From assembly GCA_037142195.1 (NCBI GenBank), contig JBAXBA010000004.1:1-64000 (forward strand): a stretch of 64,000 nucleotides of DNA, given 5' to 3'. Positions 1-8,285 of the stretch are shown here, one piece after another. The stretch is from Pseudomonadota bacterium. GTDB lineage: Bacteria; Bdellovibrionota_B; Oligoflexia; Oligoflexales; CAIMVM01. Position 1 is the stretch's first letter. Every line of letters begins with the position of its first letter. The notes beneath the pieces are model-generated. The model was not told the DNA's origin and ran no database searches. It saw nothing but the letters and a program-made list of their open reading frames with translations. The translations under genes were made by a program, and so were the position numbers.

Positions 1-15
1 AAAGCAATCCTGCTT

Positions 16-1266
16 TTAGAAGATGGATGAGCTGCGGTATGCTACTTTGCCGGCTATGAAAACAAGCTGTGGCTTTGTTTTTCCCATGTCTGCAAGCCAT
101 TCCTCAATGCTCGAGCTTGAGTAGATTCCTAAATCTGCTTCATATCCAGGTTCTAAAGATCCGACTTTAGATTGGAGGCCGAGCGCTTTAGATGCCACAA
201 AGGTTATACCAGCGATAATTTCAGCGGGTTTTAGTTTCGAATGCACCCCGGCCATGGCAGCTAAGAATCGTAGATTTTCAAAGGGCGACGAGCCTGGATT
301 GAAATCCGAAGCTATGGCAACTGCACAACCCAAATCAGCCATATTTCGACCATTGGCAAAGGGAATGCCTGTATAAAGCGATGTGCCTGGAAGTAGGGTT
401 GCGACCACATGGGTCTCTGCCATCTTTCGTAGACCGTCGTCGGAAGCAAACTGCAAATGATCGGCTGATGCAGCACCCAAGGATGCCGCAAGGGCTGCGC
501 CTTCGCAGTTGCTGAACTCATCTGCGTGAAGCCTTGTGCCAAGACCTAATTTTTTTGCCTCCAAAAACCAAGTTTTTGCCTCTTGTGCCGAGAAATAGTC
601 TTTTTCTACAAAAGCATCCACAAAGGTGGCTAGCCCCTCTTGAGCGATTCGAGGTAAGAGCTGAGTCGCCATTTCGTGAATAAAATCGCGCTCGTTTTGG
701 GACTCTTTAGGTATGGCGTGAAGTGCTAAGCAAGTCGAAATGACTCTTTGGGGGGTCATTTGAGCGGCAAGCTTTAGGGCTCTCAACTGGTGAAGTTCGC
801 TTTCGACCGAGAGTCCATAGCCAGACTTAGCTTCCACCGTGGTGACGCCAAGGCTCAGCATCGATTTCATATGTTGAGTAGCATTTTGCGCAAGGGATTC
901 TACTGTAGCTTGCCGCGTTTGTTCCACGCTGTAGGTTATTCCTCCGCCTTCCCTAGCAATGTCGCCATAGGATTTTCCCCTAAGGCGTTTTGAAAATTCA
1001 TGGGCCCTCGAACCCGCAAAAACGGGGTGGGTGTGAGAATCTATCAGCCCCGGCATGACGATCCCATTATTTGCGTCAACGCAGATAGTATTCTTCAAGT
1101 TAGGGAGATGAGAGTCTCCTCGCGCCGCAATCTTTCCGTCTTCAATAAGTAGCCAAGCATTTTTAAGAATCCCAAGGTCTTCGTCTTGAATGTGGTTGAA
1201 TCGATTTTCTTTCACTAATGGACCAAGAGTCACTAATTCGGAAATGTTAAAGATTAACGTTTTCAT
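16..1266 (-). CDS. hutI: Imidazolonepropionase
   Basis: PGLIDSHTH metal motif, TTVEAKSGYGL, HADEF, SADHL, SDFNPGSSP. Start set at ATG 1266, which overlaps the cysS stop (TAATG). Confidence 0.93.
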   Translation of the reverse strand: MKTLIFNISELVTLGPLVKENRFNHIQDEDLGILKNAWLLIEDGKIAARGDSHLPNLKNTICVDANNGIVMPGLIDSHTHPVFAGSRAHEFSKRLRGKSYGDIAREGGGITYSVEQTRQATVESLAQNATQHMKSMLSLGVTTVEAKSGYGLSVESELHQLRALKLAAQMTPQRVISTCLALHAIPKESQNERDFIHEMATQLLPRIAQEGLATFVDAFVEKDYFSAQEAKTWFLEAKKLGLGTRLHADEFSNCEGAALAASLGAASADHLQFASDDGLRKMAETHVVATLLPGTSLYTGIPFANGRNMADLGCAVAIASDFNPGSSPFENLRFLAAMAGVHSKLKPAEIIAGITFVASKALGLQSKVGSLEPGYEADLGIYSSSSIEEWLADMGKTKPQLVFIAGKVAYRSSSIF

Positions 1267-2744
1267 TAGACCTCCGAAGGCGGTTCGATACTCCAAAGTG
1301 TCCCCTTGGGGTGGTCTCGAAGTAGGATTCCTTTTGCTTGTAAGTCGGCTCTGATTTTATCTGAAAGTTGCCAATCTTTTGCGTCTCGGGCACGTGCACG
1401 CAGATCGATTTGATGGGAGATTTCTTCGCGGGTAATTTTGAGCTCAGGAAGGACAAGATCCGTCAGCTGAGTGATAAATTCCCCGGGGTCAGAAGTTAAA
1501 ATTCCAAGCACAGATCCCACTTGCTTAAAGACTTCCAAGTAGGATTTTGCGGAGTTGGAGCGAAGGGGGGATTCTTTTGTAAGCAAAACCCCTTTAGCCT
1601 TTTTCATGGCCACGTTAAGGGCGGCAATAGCCTGACCCGTGTTGAAATCATCGCACATGGCGCGTTGGAACTCGGAAAGGAGTTCATCGGGATGGAACCC
1701 GCTCAAGGATTCCCCACCGGTTGCTCCCATAGAAGCCGTTTGCAGGTCGGCAATGGTTTCGTAGTAATAAAGAAGGCGCCGGCGATTTTGGGCAAAAAGC
1801 TTCTCGGAAAAGTCGATGTCAGAAGAATAGTGATGGCTTAAATAGGAAAGTCTCAGAACTTCCCCCGGCCACGTCTTCAAAAAAGAGTTAATTAAGATGT
1901 AGTTGCCAAGGGATTTGGACATCTTTTGCTTTTCTAAGGTCAATAGACCACTGTGAATCCAGATGCTGGCATACGGTTTCCCGTTTGCCGATTCAGACTG
2001 GGCGATTTCGTTTTCATGGTGAGGGAAAATAAGGTCTCGCCCGCCACCGTGAATATCAAAGGAGTCGCCAAGGAATCTTTTACTCATGGCAGAGCATTCA
2101 ATATGCCAGCCCGGTCGACCCAGGCCCCAAGGGCTCTTCCAGGAGGCACCTGGAGTCTCATCGGCTTTCCACAAAGCAAAATCTAATTCGTCTTCCTTGC
2201 TGCCCTGGACGATCTCTCGAGCTCCGGAGCGTAATTCATCGGTTTTGCGATTGGAAAGCTTTCCATAGTCCGCTTTTTGGCGGACTCGATAATAAACGTC
2301 GCCATCTTTTGTGCTGTAAGCGGCCTGTTTGTCGATCAATGTCTGAATCATTTCGATGATTTCAGGAATCATTTCAGAAACTTTTGGTTCGTGATGGGCC
2401 TCGGCAACTCCAAGGCCTTCTAAGTCGCATCGGCTTTCGGCGATGATTCTTTCCGAGAGCTCCAGAGGAGCGATCCCAAGGTCTTTTGAGCGATTGATGA
2501 TTTTATCATCGACATCGGTGAAGTTTCTTACGTAGGTTACCCGATAGCCGGCAAATTCCATAAACCTGCGCATGACATCAAAGAATATAGCCTGCATCGC
2601 GTGCCCGATGTGACAGGAGTCATAAGGGGTTACTCCACAGGCATACATCTTTACATGCCCAGGTGTGAGTGGCTTTAGGACTTCTTTTTTACCCGTCAGG
2701 TTGTTCTTAATCATGATTTCGCGCACCGGTTTGCTCCTAGGCAT
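1266..2744 (-). CDS. cysS: Cysteine--tRNA ligase
   Basis: MYACGVTPYD, HIGH, GRPGWHIECSAM, FPHHENE, KMSKS motifs. Start could be a few codons downstream. Confidence 0.97.
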   Translation of the reverse strand: MPRSKPVREIMIKNNLTGKKEVLKPLTPGHVKMYACGVTPYDSCHIGHAMQAIFFDVMRRFMEFAGYRVTYVRNFTDVDDKIINRSKDLGIAPLELSERIIAESRCDLEGLGVAEAHHEPKVSEMIPEIIEMIQTLIDKQAAYSTKDGDVYYRVRQKADYGKLSNRKTDELRSGAREIVQGSKEDELDFALWKADETPGASWKSPWGLGRPGWHIECSAMSKRFLGDSFDIHGGGRDLIFPHHENEIAQSESANGKPYASIWIHSGLLTLEKQKMSKSLGNYILINSFLKTWPGEVLRLSYLSHHYSSDIDFSEKLFAQNRRRLLYYYETIADLQTASMGATGGESLSGFHPDELLSEFQRAMCDDFNTGQAIAALNVAMKKAKGVLLTKESPLRSNSAKSYLEVFKQVGSVLGILTSDPGEFITQLTDLVLPELKITREEISHQIDLRARARDAKDWQLSDKIRADLQAKGILLRDHPKGTLWSIEPPSEV

Positions 2745-2868
2745 AAGGCTTGGAGAGGCATCCTAGCATGGCTTTTTAAGGTCATAAAGCGAAGTAGGTA
2801 AGATATTCCCTAAAATCTTCTTTTTTTTACGCGGCGGCTGCCGACTCATGAGTCATTGAGGGGGCGGT

Positions 2869-3138
2869 ATGGTAGCGGGAAAAAAGGTAAAACTAAATGA
2901 AGTGCAGTTCTATTTTGACGGTGTCCTAAGGGACGCCCTAGATGCTGCTGCCTTGTCTCGCCGTTCCTCAGACTGGTTGCAGCTCAGGTCAAAGTTGATG
3001 AATTTAGATCACGAGTCCTATGAAATAGCCATGGCAAGCATTCGAAGTTTAGTAGAGAGCTTGCACAGCCCGGCGGAAAAACCTCAAACTCCGGGGTGGC
3101 AAGAATCCAAAGATATGTACGGTCAAATGAGAAAGTAA
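2869..3138 (+). CDS. Hypothetical small protein
   Basis: 89-aa ORF with GAGGGGG RBS, divergent from cysS. No motif recognised. Confidence 0.55.
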   Translation: MVAGKKVKLNEVQFYFDGVLRDALDAAALSRRSSDWLQLRSKLMNLDHESYEIAMASIRSLVESLHSPAEKPQTPGWQESKDMYGQMRK

Positions 3139-3737
3139 AGCCGAGCACAATTCCCCGGGGCTTTTCAGATGAGCCGCTTCTATGTAATACTAGTTTATTA
3201 GAAGTGAGGTGGCCATTGGACCAAAATCAAGCCCTTAGAAGAGATCTCGAGCTTTACGCAAAAGAATTAACTAAAGACAAATTTCAGGCTCTTAGTCCAG
3301 GCCTAGGCCTAGGTACCATTCGCAATCGCCCCATAGAATCAAGCGAGTTTGTAGCTTTAAAGCAGATTCCGGTGAGCCCAAAATTCGCTGATAAAAGCGA
3401 ATCCTACTCCGCCCTAAACCTTCCCGCTCAAAATGCCATAAGGCGAGAATTGCATTATCGGACGCCTTGGTGGGCTCTAGTCCTCTCCCATATGGCGGAC
3501 TTGTTCATCGCCGCTATTTTTGTGGTCGCGTGTAGTATTGGCTATAAAGTTATGAATCCTCATATGCCCGGGGTCTCAGGGCTGAACTTAGGGCCGCTTC
3601 GGGTTCTTTCTTTCTTATATGTCGCTTTTATTTTGTACCTGGGGATTTTTAAATTGCTCGGCCTCACAATGCTCGGAGGCTTAGTGAGACATCGCTTCTA
3701 TGAAGATTTTATGGAAAAGACAAAGACCGAATACTGA
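3096..3737 (+). CDS. Hypothetical membrane protein (weakly RDD-like C-terminus)
   Basis: Two hydrophobic segments (SHMADLFIAAIFVV; FLYVAFILYLGIF..TMLGG). Start uncertain. Confidence 0.55.
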   Translation: MARIQRYVRSNEKVKPSTIPRGFSDEPLLCNTSLLEVRWPLDQNQALRRDLELYAKELTKDKFQALSPGLGLGTIRNRPIESSEFVALKQIPVSPKFADKSESYSALNLPAQNAIRRELHYRTPWWALVLSHMADLFIAAIFVVACSIGYKVMNPHMPGVSGLNLGPLRVLSFLYVAFILYLGIFKLLGLTMLGGLVRHRFYEDFMEKTKTEY

Positions 3738-3755
3738 AATTGCGATGTCAAGGTC

Positions 3756-3784
3756 TTGACGTCTCTTTAAAATCTGGTTATGAT
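3756..3784 (+). promoter_or_regulatory. Sigma70 promoter with overlapping palindromic operator
   Basis: TTGACG (3756-3761), 17 nt, TATGAT (3779-3784). Inverted repeat GATGTCAAG-GT-CTTGACGTC (3744-3763) overlaps the -35. Confidence 0.7.
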
Positions 3785-3832
3785 TAAAACATACTAAACA
3801 ACCCATTCATGATTCCTCAGGCAGGAGGGAAA

Positions 3833-4711
3833 ATGCGACGCAGCGGAACAGTGAAGTTCCTGAGCTCTGTGAACTTATTTAAGTTTGTTCATAAAGTATT
3901 GGTGGACCAAAAGGGCGCAAAAATCAATGACCAGGACGTAGGGAATATTCTTGAATATAACCCTTCCGACTGTAGCCATTGGAAGCGCGGTGAAAAAAGT
4001 GTGAAGTCAGTCTTTGCTCTGAATCAGATTGCGGAAGTGTTAAATGTAGAGCCAACTCTCATTTTTGACATCGCGTCGGGTAATATCGGAGTGGACGAAG
4101 GTTGGTTTGAATACCAAGAGACTCGATCTATTCAAAGTGTGCTTCGCAATTTGAATGGGATCCCAAGAGAGCGAATCCAGATAGTAAAAGAGCGCGCGAT
4201 TTCATTCGCCGCACAATTACTCAAACAAGCTGACTTTAGAGCAGCGCCACTCTATGTGCCAGAAGTGGTAAGGTTTTTTGCCTTTGTTTCGTTACAGCCA
4301 GCGGACTTAATTGACCGTATGAGCAGAATTCTTCGGGTAAAGGCCGGTCAGTATGTGATTCAGTTTCCTAAAGGAGACTTGAAGCCCCAGACTCGACATG
4401 CCATGGTTAAAGAGCTGGTTCGCATTATATGTGAAGGTGAGCGCGAAAGGTTTCCTGAGCTTGGCGAACGGGATCAAGAACTCCTTGAGTTCGAAGAGCT
4501 AGTCATTGCCACGAATCTTTTGATGCCTTATGCGATGTTGAAAGCAGAGATGTCAAAGATTGATGTTAAGAAAAACATTGTCAACGAGTTAGCTGCAACA
4601 TTCTGGATTCCCAAGACGTTGGTTTCCTTGCAGCTTTCCCAAATGCTGACATCGGGTGATAGAATCGATTTGATTCCCCGAACGACCTCAGAAGCTATAT
4701 TGTCGAGATAA
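3833..4711 (+). CDS. XRE-type HTH regulator fused to an ImmA/IrrE-like domain (HExxH degenerate)
   Basis: N-terminal HTH (DQDVGNILEYNPSDCSHWKRGEK). C-terminal IrrE-like segments RHAMVKELVRII, ATNLLMP, ELAATFWIP. GGAGGG RBS before ATG 3833. Confidence 0.75.
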   Translation: MRRSGTVKFLSSVNLFKFVHKVLVDQKGAKINDQDVGNILEYNPSDCSHWKRGEKSVKSVFALNQIAEVLNVEPTLIFDIASGNIGVDEGWFEYQETRSIQSVLRNLNGIPRERIQIVKERAISFAAQLLKQADFRAAPLYVPEVVRFFAFVSLQPADLIDRMSRILRVKAGQYVIQFPKGDLKPQTRHAMVKELVRIICEGERERFPELGERDQELLEFEELVIATNLLMPYAMLKAEMSKIDVKKNIVNELAATFWIPKTLVSLQLSQMLTSGDRIDLIPRTTSEAILSR

Positions 4712-4713
4712 AG

Positions 4714-4744
4714 AAATGGCCCAGGAAACTGGGCCATTTTTCTT
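4714..4744 (+). terminator. Rho-independent terminator
   Basis: AAATGGCCCAG-GAAA-CTGGGCCATTT followed by TTCTT, directly after the stop codon. Confidence 0.85.
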
Positions 4745-5040
4745 ATGGAGTGGAAACCTAAAAGCCTTTTTTCAAGGGTTTGGGGTTAAGTTTTTTAAGT
4801 AAAGGATCTCTAAGCCAGGAGGTAGTGCGAAATTGATCTTAAATAACTGATCTTCCGGTCCCGTCTAAAAGCAATTTCTAGCTGGTATGATTTCCCTTAT
4901 TTTTGCTTGGATGAAAAACTTGGGGAATCTTTTAAAAACTATTCAGAAAAACCCCTAAGTTTTACTTACATTTTATAATCTGAGTTATAATGGTGTATAC
5001 GATGTATTCGAGACTTCTTCTTTCTTTATAGGCGGCCCCT

Positions 5041-5418
5041 ATGCTCCATCAAATAAAACGTGCCATTTTCCACAAGCCTCTCTTTCTTTGCTTGGGTCTT
5101 CTGTCTCTAACGGGGTGTATCACTCGCGGCTCGCAGTTCGCGTCCGACACGGACTGGATTCGAATAGGCAGTACAACCCAAGAAAGTGTCAGCAAACTCT
5201 TAGGCAATCCCCATGGCGTGGGGAGCTCGAGTGGAATTCCCACTTGGACTTACGGTTTTTACAAGTATGGCTTTATTGGTACAAATGCTCAGAAAGAACT
5301 CAAACTCTATTGGAATCCCAATCGAACTGTAAAAGACTATTCTTTTAATTCTAGTTTTCCTGAAGATCGAAATGTTTCAGCTACAAAAAAAACGACAGAT
5401 ACTTGGGTAGAACCTTAA
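5041..5418 (+). CDS. SmpA/OmlA (BamE-like) outer-membrane lipoprotein
   Basis: Lipobox LTGC and the IRIGSTTQESVSKLLGNP...WTY pattern. Confidence 0.7.
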   Translation: MLHQIKRAIFHKPLFLCLGLLSLTGCITRGSQFASDTDWIRIGSTTQESVSKLLGNPHGVGSSSGIPTWTYGFYKYGFIGTNAQKELKLYWNPNRTVKDYSFNSSFPEDRNVSATKKTTDTWVEP

Positions 5419-5460
5419 TTCTTAAGGTGTGAATTTAAGAATGAGAGATGGGAGCGTGGG

Positions 5461-6894
5461 ATGGTGAAGTGGTTAGTCGTTATGCTTTTGCTTACGGGAT
5501 GCCGAAAATCGCTTTATGCGATGCTAACAAGTCCTGAAAAGCAATTGAAGAAGGAACAAACGGCAAGTGGCTCCAATGAAATTGAATTGGCTGCCGGGCT
5601 CTATGAACGAGCGTTTGGCACCACTTTTAATCGCAAACTTATCGAATTGCCTACGTCGTCGCAAGCTACGGTCGTCCCTAAATCAGGTTATTGGTACCCT
5701 CAAAGTACCGGTGGGACCAATGTTTTCGGTTCCTTGACGAAGTATGATCGCGCATTTAATGGCGGACAAAATAAAGCGGTTCAGTGGGAGTCTACTTATC
5801 ACGCTCAAAACGTCCAGTGGGCTGGTCATTGTAATGGGTTTTCTGCCAACGCGATTCGTCATCAGGAGCCAAGGCTCAATGTAACACGCGGTGGAATTGT
5901 TTTTACTCCTTATGATATTAAAGCGCTCCTTGCCGAAATTTATATGAGCGCAGGCTATGCTTTTACGGGAGGATCAAGATGCGAATCTCGGCCGGGGAGC
6001 CCAGCCTTTAGGAATCCGGCTACACTAGATCGAATGGATGCTTGTGAAGATGTCAATCCAGGAGTTTGGCACTTAGCGGTAACGAATTGGATTGGAACAA
6101 GAAAACAAGCAATCATTTTCGACAATAATGCGGATAATCAAGTTTGGAATTTCCCGCTATACAATTATTCCTATACAACACAAGAAATTTCCGCTCAAGA
6201 TGCTTTAAGTCTCATACGAGTTGGTGGGACTAGTTGGCCCTTCAATGCAGCAGCTTCCAAGTTCTATTTGGTGCAAATGCAAGTTAAGTATAGCAAAGAG
6301 GGATCTACAGAAACTTTGAACCAAGTTGTGGATAGCGGTCCGACTTTGTTTCAGTATGTACTGGAAGTCGATGCCTCCGGCAATGTTATTGGAGGCGAGT
6401 GGCATCAGCAAAATCAAGCGACACATCCGGATTTTCTATGGATTCCCCTGGAAACAAAACCTGGCAATGGAACTGCAGATGAAGGAAATCCCTATATTGA
6501 CCCTGATGAAGTTTTACAAATGTGGGCGGAAAGCCGTGGGCTAACATCGCCAGATGCAGAGCCGCCACCTTATGACATTCCTGATTTTGACACAAAATGG
6601 GGTAATTACGATAAATTTAGAGTTTCGATTTCAGGCGTTCAATATGGGGTTGCCGCGCGTGGAGCTCATAATGTCGTTAAAATCGAACCCATCCAAGGTC
6701 TCATTCAAAGCACATCAGACAAGCTAGACATTCTAGTCAATGGAAAATTCTATTTAAGTCCCTCACTGACGCCAGGCAACATCGTTGAGTTTCCCATAAA
6801 TTTAGACCCTGGTTTTTCAAAGGTTACTTTAAATTGGAAAACCAGTCAGTATAGAGAGTTTTCCGAAGACGTTGAAGTCTACACCGTGGAATAG
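5461..6894 (+). CDS. Transglutaminase-elicitor (GP42-like) family lipoprotein
   Basis: Lipobox LTGC; GYWYP, WAGHCNG (catalytic Cys), DVNPGVWH, QVWNFP, YVLEVD..GNVIGGEW, HPDFLW. Confidence 0.8.
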   Translation: MVKWLVVMLLLTGCRKSLYAMLTSPEKQLKKEQTASGSNEIELAAGLYERAFGTTFNRKLIELPTSSQATVVPKSGYWYPQSTGGTNVFGSLTKYDRAFNGGQNKAVQWESTYHAQNVQWAGHCNGFSANAIRHQEPRLNVTRGGIVFTPYDIKALLAEIYMSAGYAFTGGSRCESRPGSPAFRNPATLDRMDACEDVNPGVWHLAVTNWIGTRKQAIIFDNNADNQVWNFPLYNYSYTTQEISAQDALSLIRVGGTSWPFNAAASKFYLVQMQVKYSKEGSTETLNQVVDSGPTLFQYVLEVDASGNVIGGEWHQQNQATHPDFLWIPLETKPGNGTADEGNPYIDPDEVLQMWAESRGLTSPDAEPPPYDIPDFDTKWGNYDKFRVSISGVQYGVAARGAHNVVKIEPIQGLIQSTSDKLDILVNGKFYLSPSLTPGNIVEFPINLDPGFSKVTLNWKTSQYREFSEDVEVYTVE

Positions 6895-6896
6895 CC

Positions 6897-7253
6897 ATGA
6901 ATTACCTAATCGTATTTCTTGGTGGTGCGATGGGCTCGCTGTTTAGATACTATTTAAGCCCTTTTGCTTCTTCTCTTTTCCCTTTTTTGGGCACCATGTT
7001 TGCCAATTTTATAGGTTCTTTTCTTGTGGGAGCTCTTTACTGGCGATTGAAGCCTGGAGATATGAGGCTTTTTTTAATAACAGGCTTTCTGGGCGGTCTC
7101 ACAACTCTTTCTTCATTTTCGGCCGAAACGCTTGATCTCATGAAACAAGACCTCTATGGGCAAGCCCTACTTTACTTTGCCCTAACGATGATGGGGTCTC
7201 TGGTCCTTGTTTTTTTAGGCTTTTTTCTTTCTAAATTTACGGAATCCCTTTAG
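6897..7253 (+). CDS. crcB: Fluoride efflux channel FluC/CrcB
   Basis: GGAMGSLFRY, GTMFANFIGSF, TGFLGGLTTLSSF; four TM segments. Confidence 0.92.
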   Translation: MNYLIVFLGGAMGSLFRYYLSPFASSLFPFLGTMFANFIGSFLVGALYWRLKPGDMRLFLITGFLGGLTTLSSFSAETLDLMKQDLYGQALLYFALTMMGSLVLVFLGFFLSKFTESL

Positions 7254-7478
7254 AGCAAGAGCTTCCCAAAAGGTAAAAGTAGTTTTTCATTTAGCTTGAA
7301 AATAACAATGTGGTGTTTGATATGTCCTAATAAAGAATTGCAAAAGTTGACTATGACTTAGCAACCTCAAGTTTCTCACTTTAAATATGACGAAACCAAA
7401 TATGACTCCATATGCAAGGAGTACTTTGTTTACATCAGCTCGAAGGTGAGTCCTAGACCATTAATTTTTGGTTCTCAC

Positions 7479-8285
7479 TTACTGGTCTAAAGCTGAGAAG
7501 TTTTGTTTAAAGAAGACAATTCTAGCTTTCTTTTTCATAGAAGTTAAAAATTCGTCTTTGGAACTGGCCTCTAATTGAGCTTTAAGGCTCTGATTTAAAT
7601 TCGGTCTTTGTAGAATCTGCTCGGCGGTTAGAGTCGTGGTGTCTTTGAGCTTTAAAATGTGGAACCCAAAAGGGGTTTCTACTACCTTGGGATAGATATT
7701 GTCTTTGGTCATGTCATTAACAATTTTTTGAAATTCGATGGGGAGACTGCTCCGCTGAATCCATCCCATTTCACCCCCGGTGGATTTGCTGGGCGCTATG
7801 GAATGGAGTGCTGATTGAGCCTCAAATGCAGAAGGGTTCTTTAGCAATTGTGCTAGGATGGTCTCAGCCAAGGGGCGTTCAGAAACTAAAATTTGCTGGA
7901 TCAAATATTGATTGTATTGACCATTCTCAGTGGCGCTTTTCGCTAGTTTTTTTAAGTCACCAGAGCTTACTTTTTTTTCAAGATTTTTTTGTTGCCAAAT
8001 TCTAACCAGTTCGGATCTTTCCGAACGGGCCAAAGCTAGCTTTACATCTTTCTGTTTTTTTAATGCAAGGACTTCCGGGGAATTTGCAATGAGCATTTCA
8101 TCTACATAATTAGTAATAAAAGACTCCGTAAGCTTCGGGTCGCTAATCACTAGTAGGGGATTTGAAGAAGTTGCAAAAATGGCATCGTAAATTTCTTTGG
8201 ATGAAATGTCTTTTCCATTGATCGTTGCAATGGTTTTACCATAGCTCAGCGAACTTATGCATAAGATCAATAGGAGATGCTTCAT
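7479..8285 (-). CDS. PpiC/parvulin-type peptidyl-prolyl isomerase (exported)
   Basis: Signal peptide; QILV...FEAQSALHS..SKSTGGEMGW...VETPFGFHILK. ATG overlaps the pheT stop (ATGA). Confidence 0.85.
   Translation of the reverse strand: MKHLLLILCISSLSYGKTIATINGKDISSKEIYDAIFATSSNPLLVISDPKLTESFITNYVDEMLIANSPEVLALKKQKDVKLALARSERSELVRIWQQKNLEKKVSSGDLKKLAKSATENGQYNQYLIQQILVSERPLAETILAQLLKNPSAFEAQSALHSIAPSKSTGGEMGWIQRSSLPIEFQKIVNDMTKDNIYPKVVETPFGFHILKLKDTTTLTAEQILQRPNLNQSLKAQLEASSKDEFLTSMKKKARIVFFKQNFSALDQ

Noticed and set aside
6860..6897. Fluoride riboswitch upstream of crcB
   Set aside because: crcB begins 2 nt after the upstream stop and no riboswitch consensus is visible.
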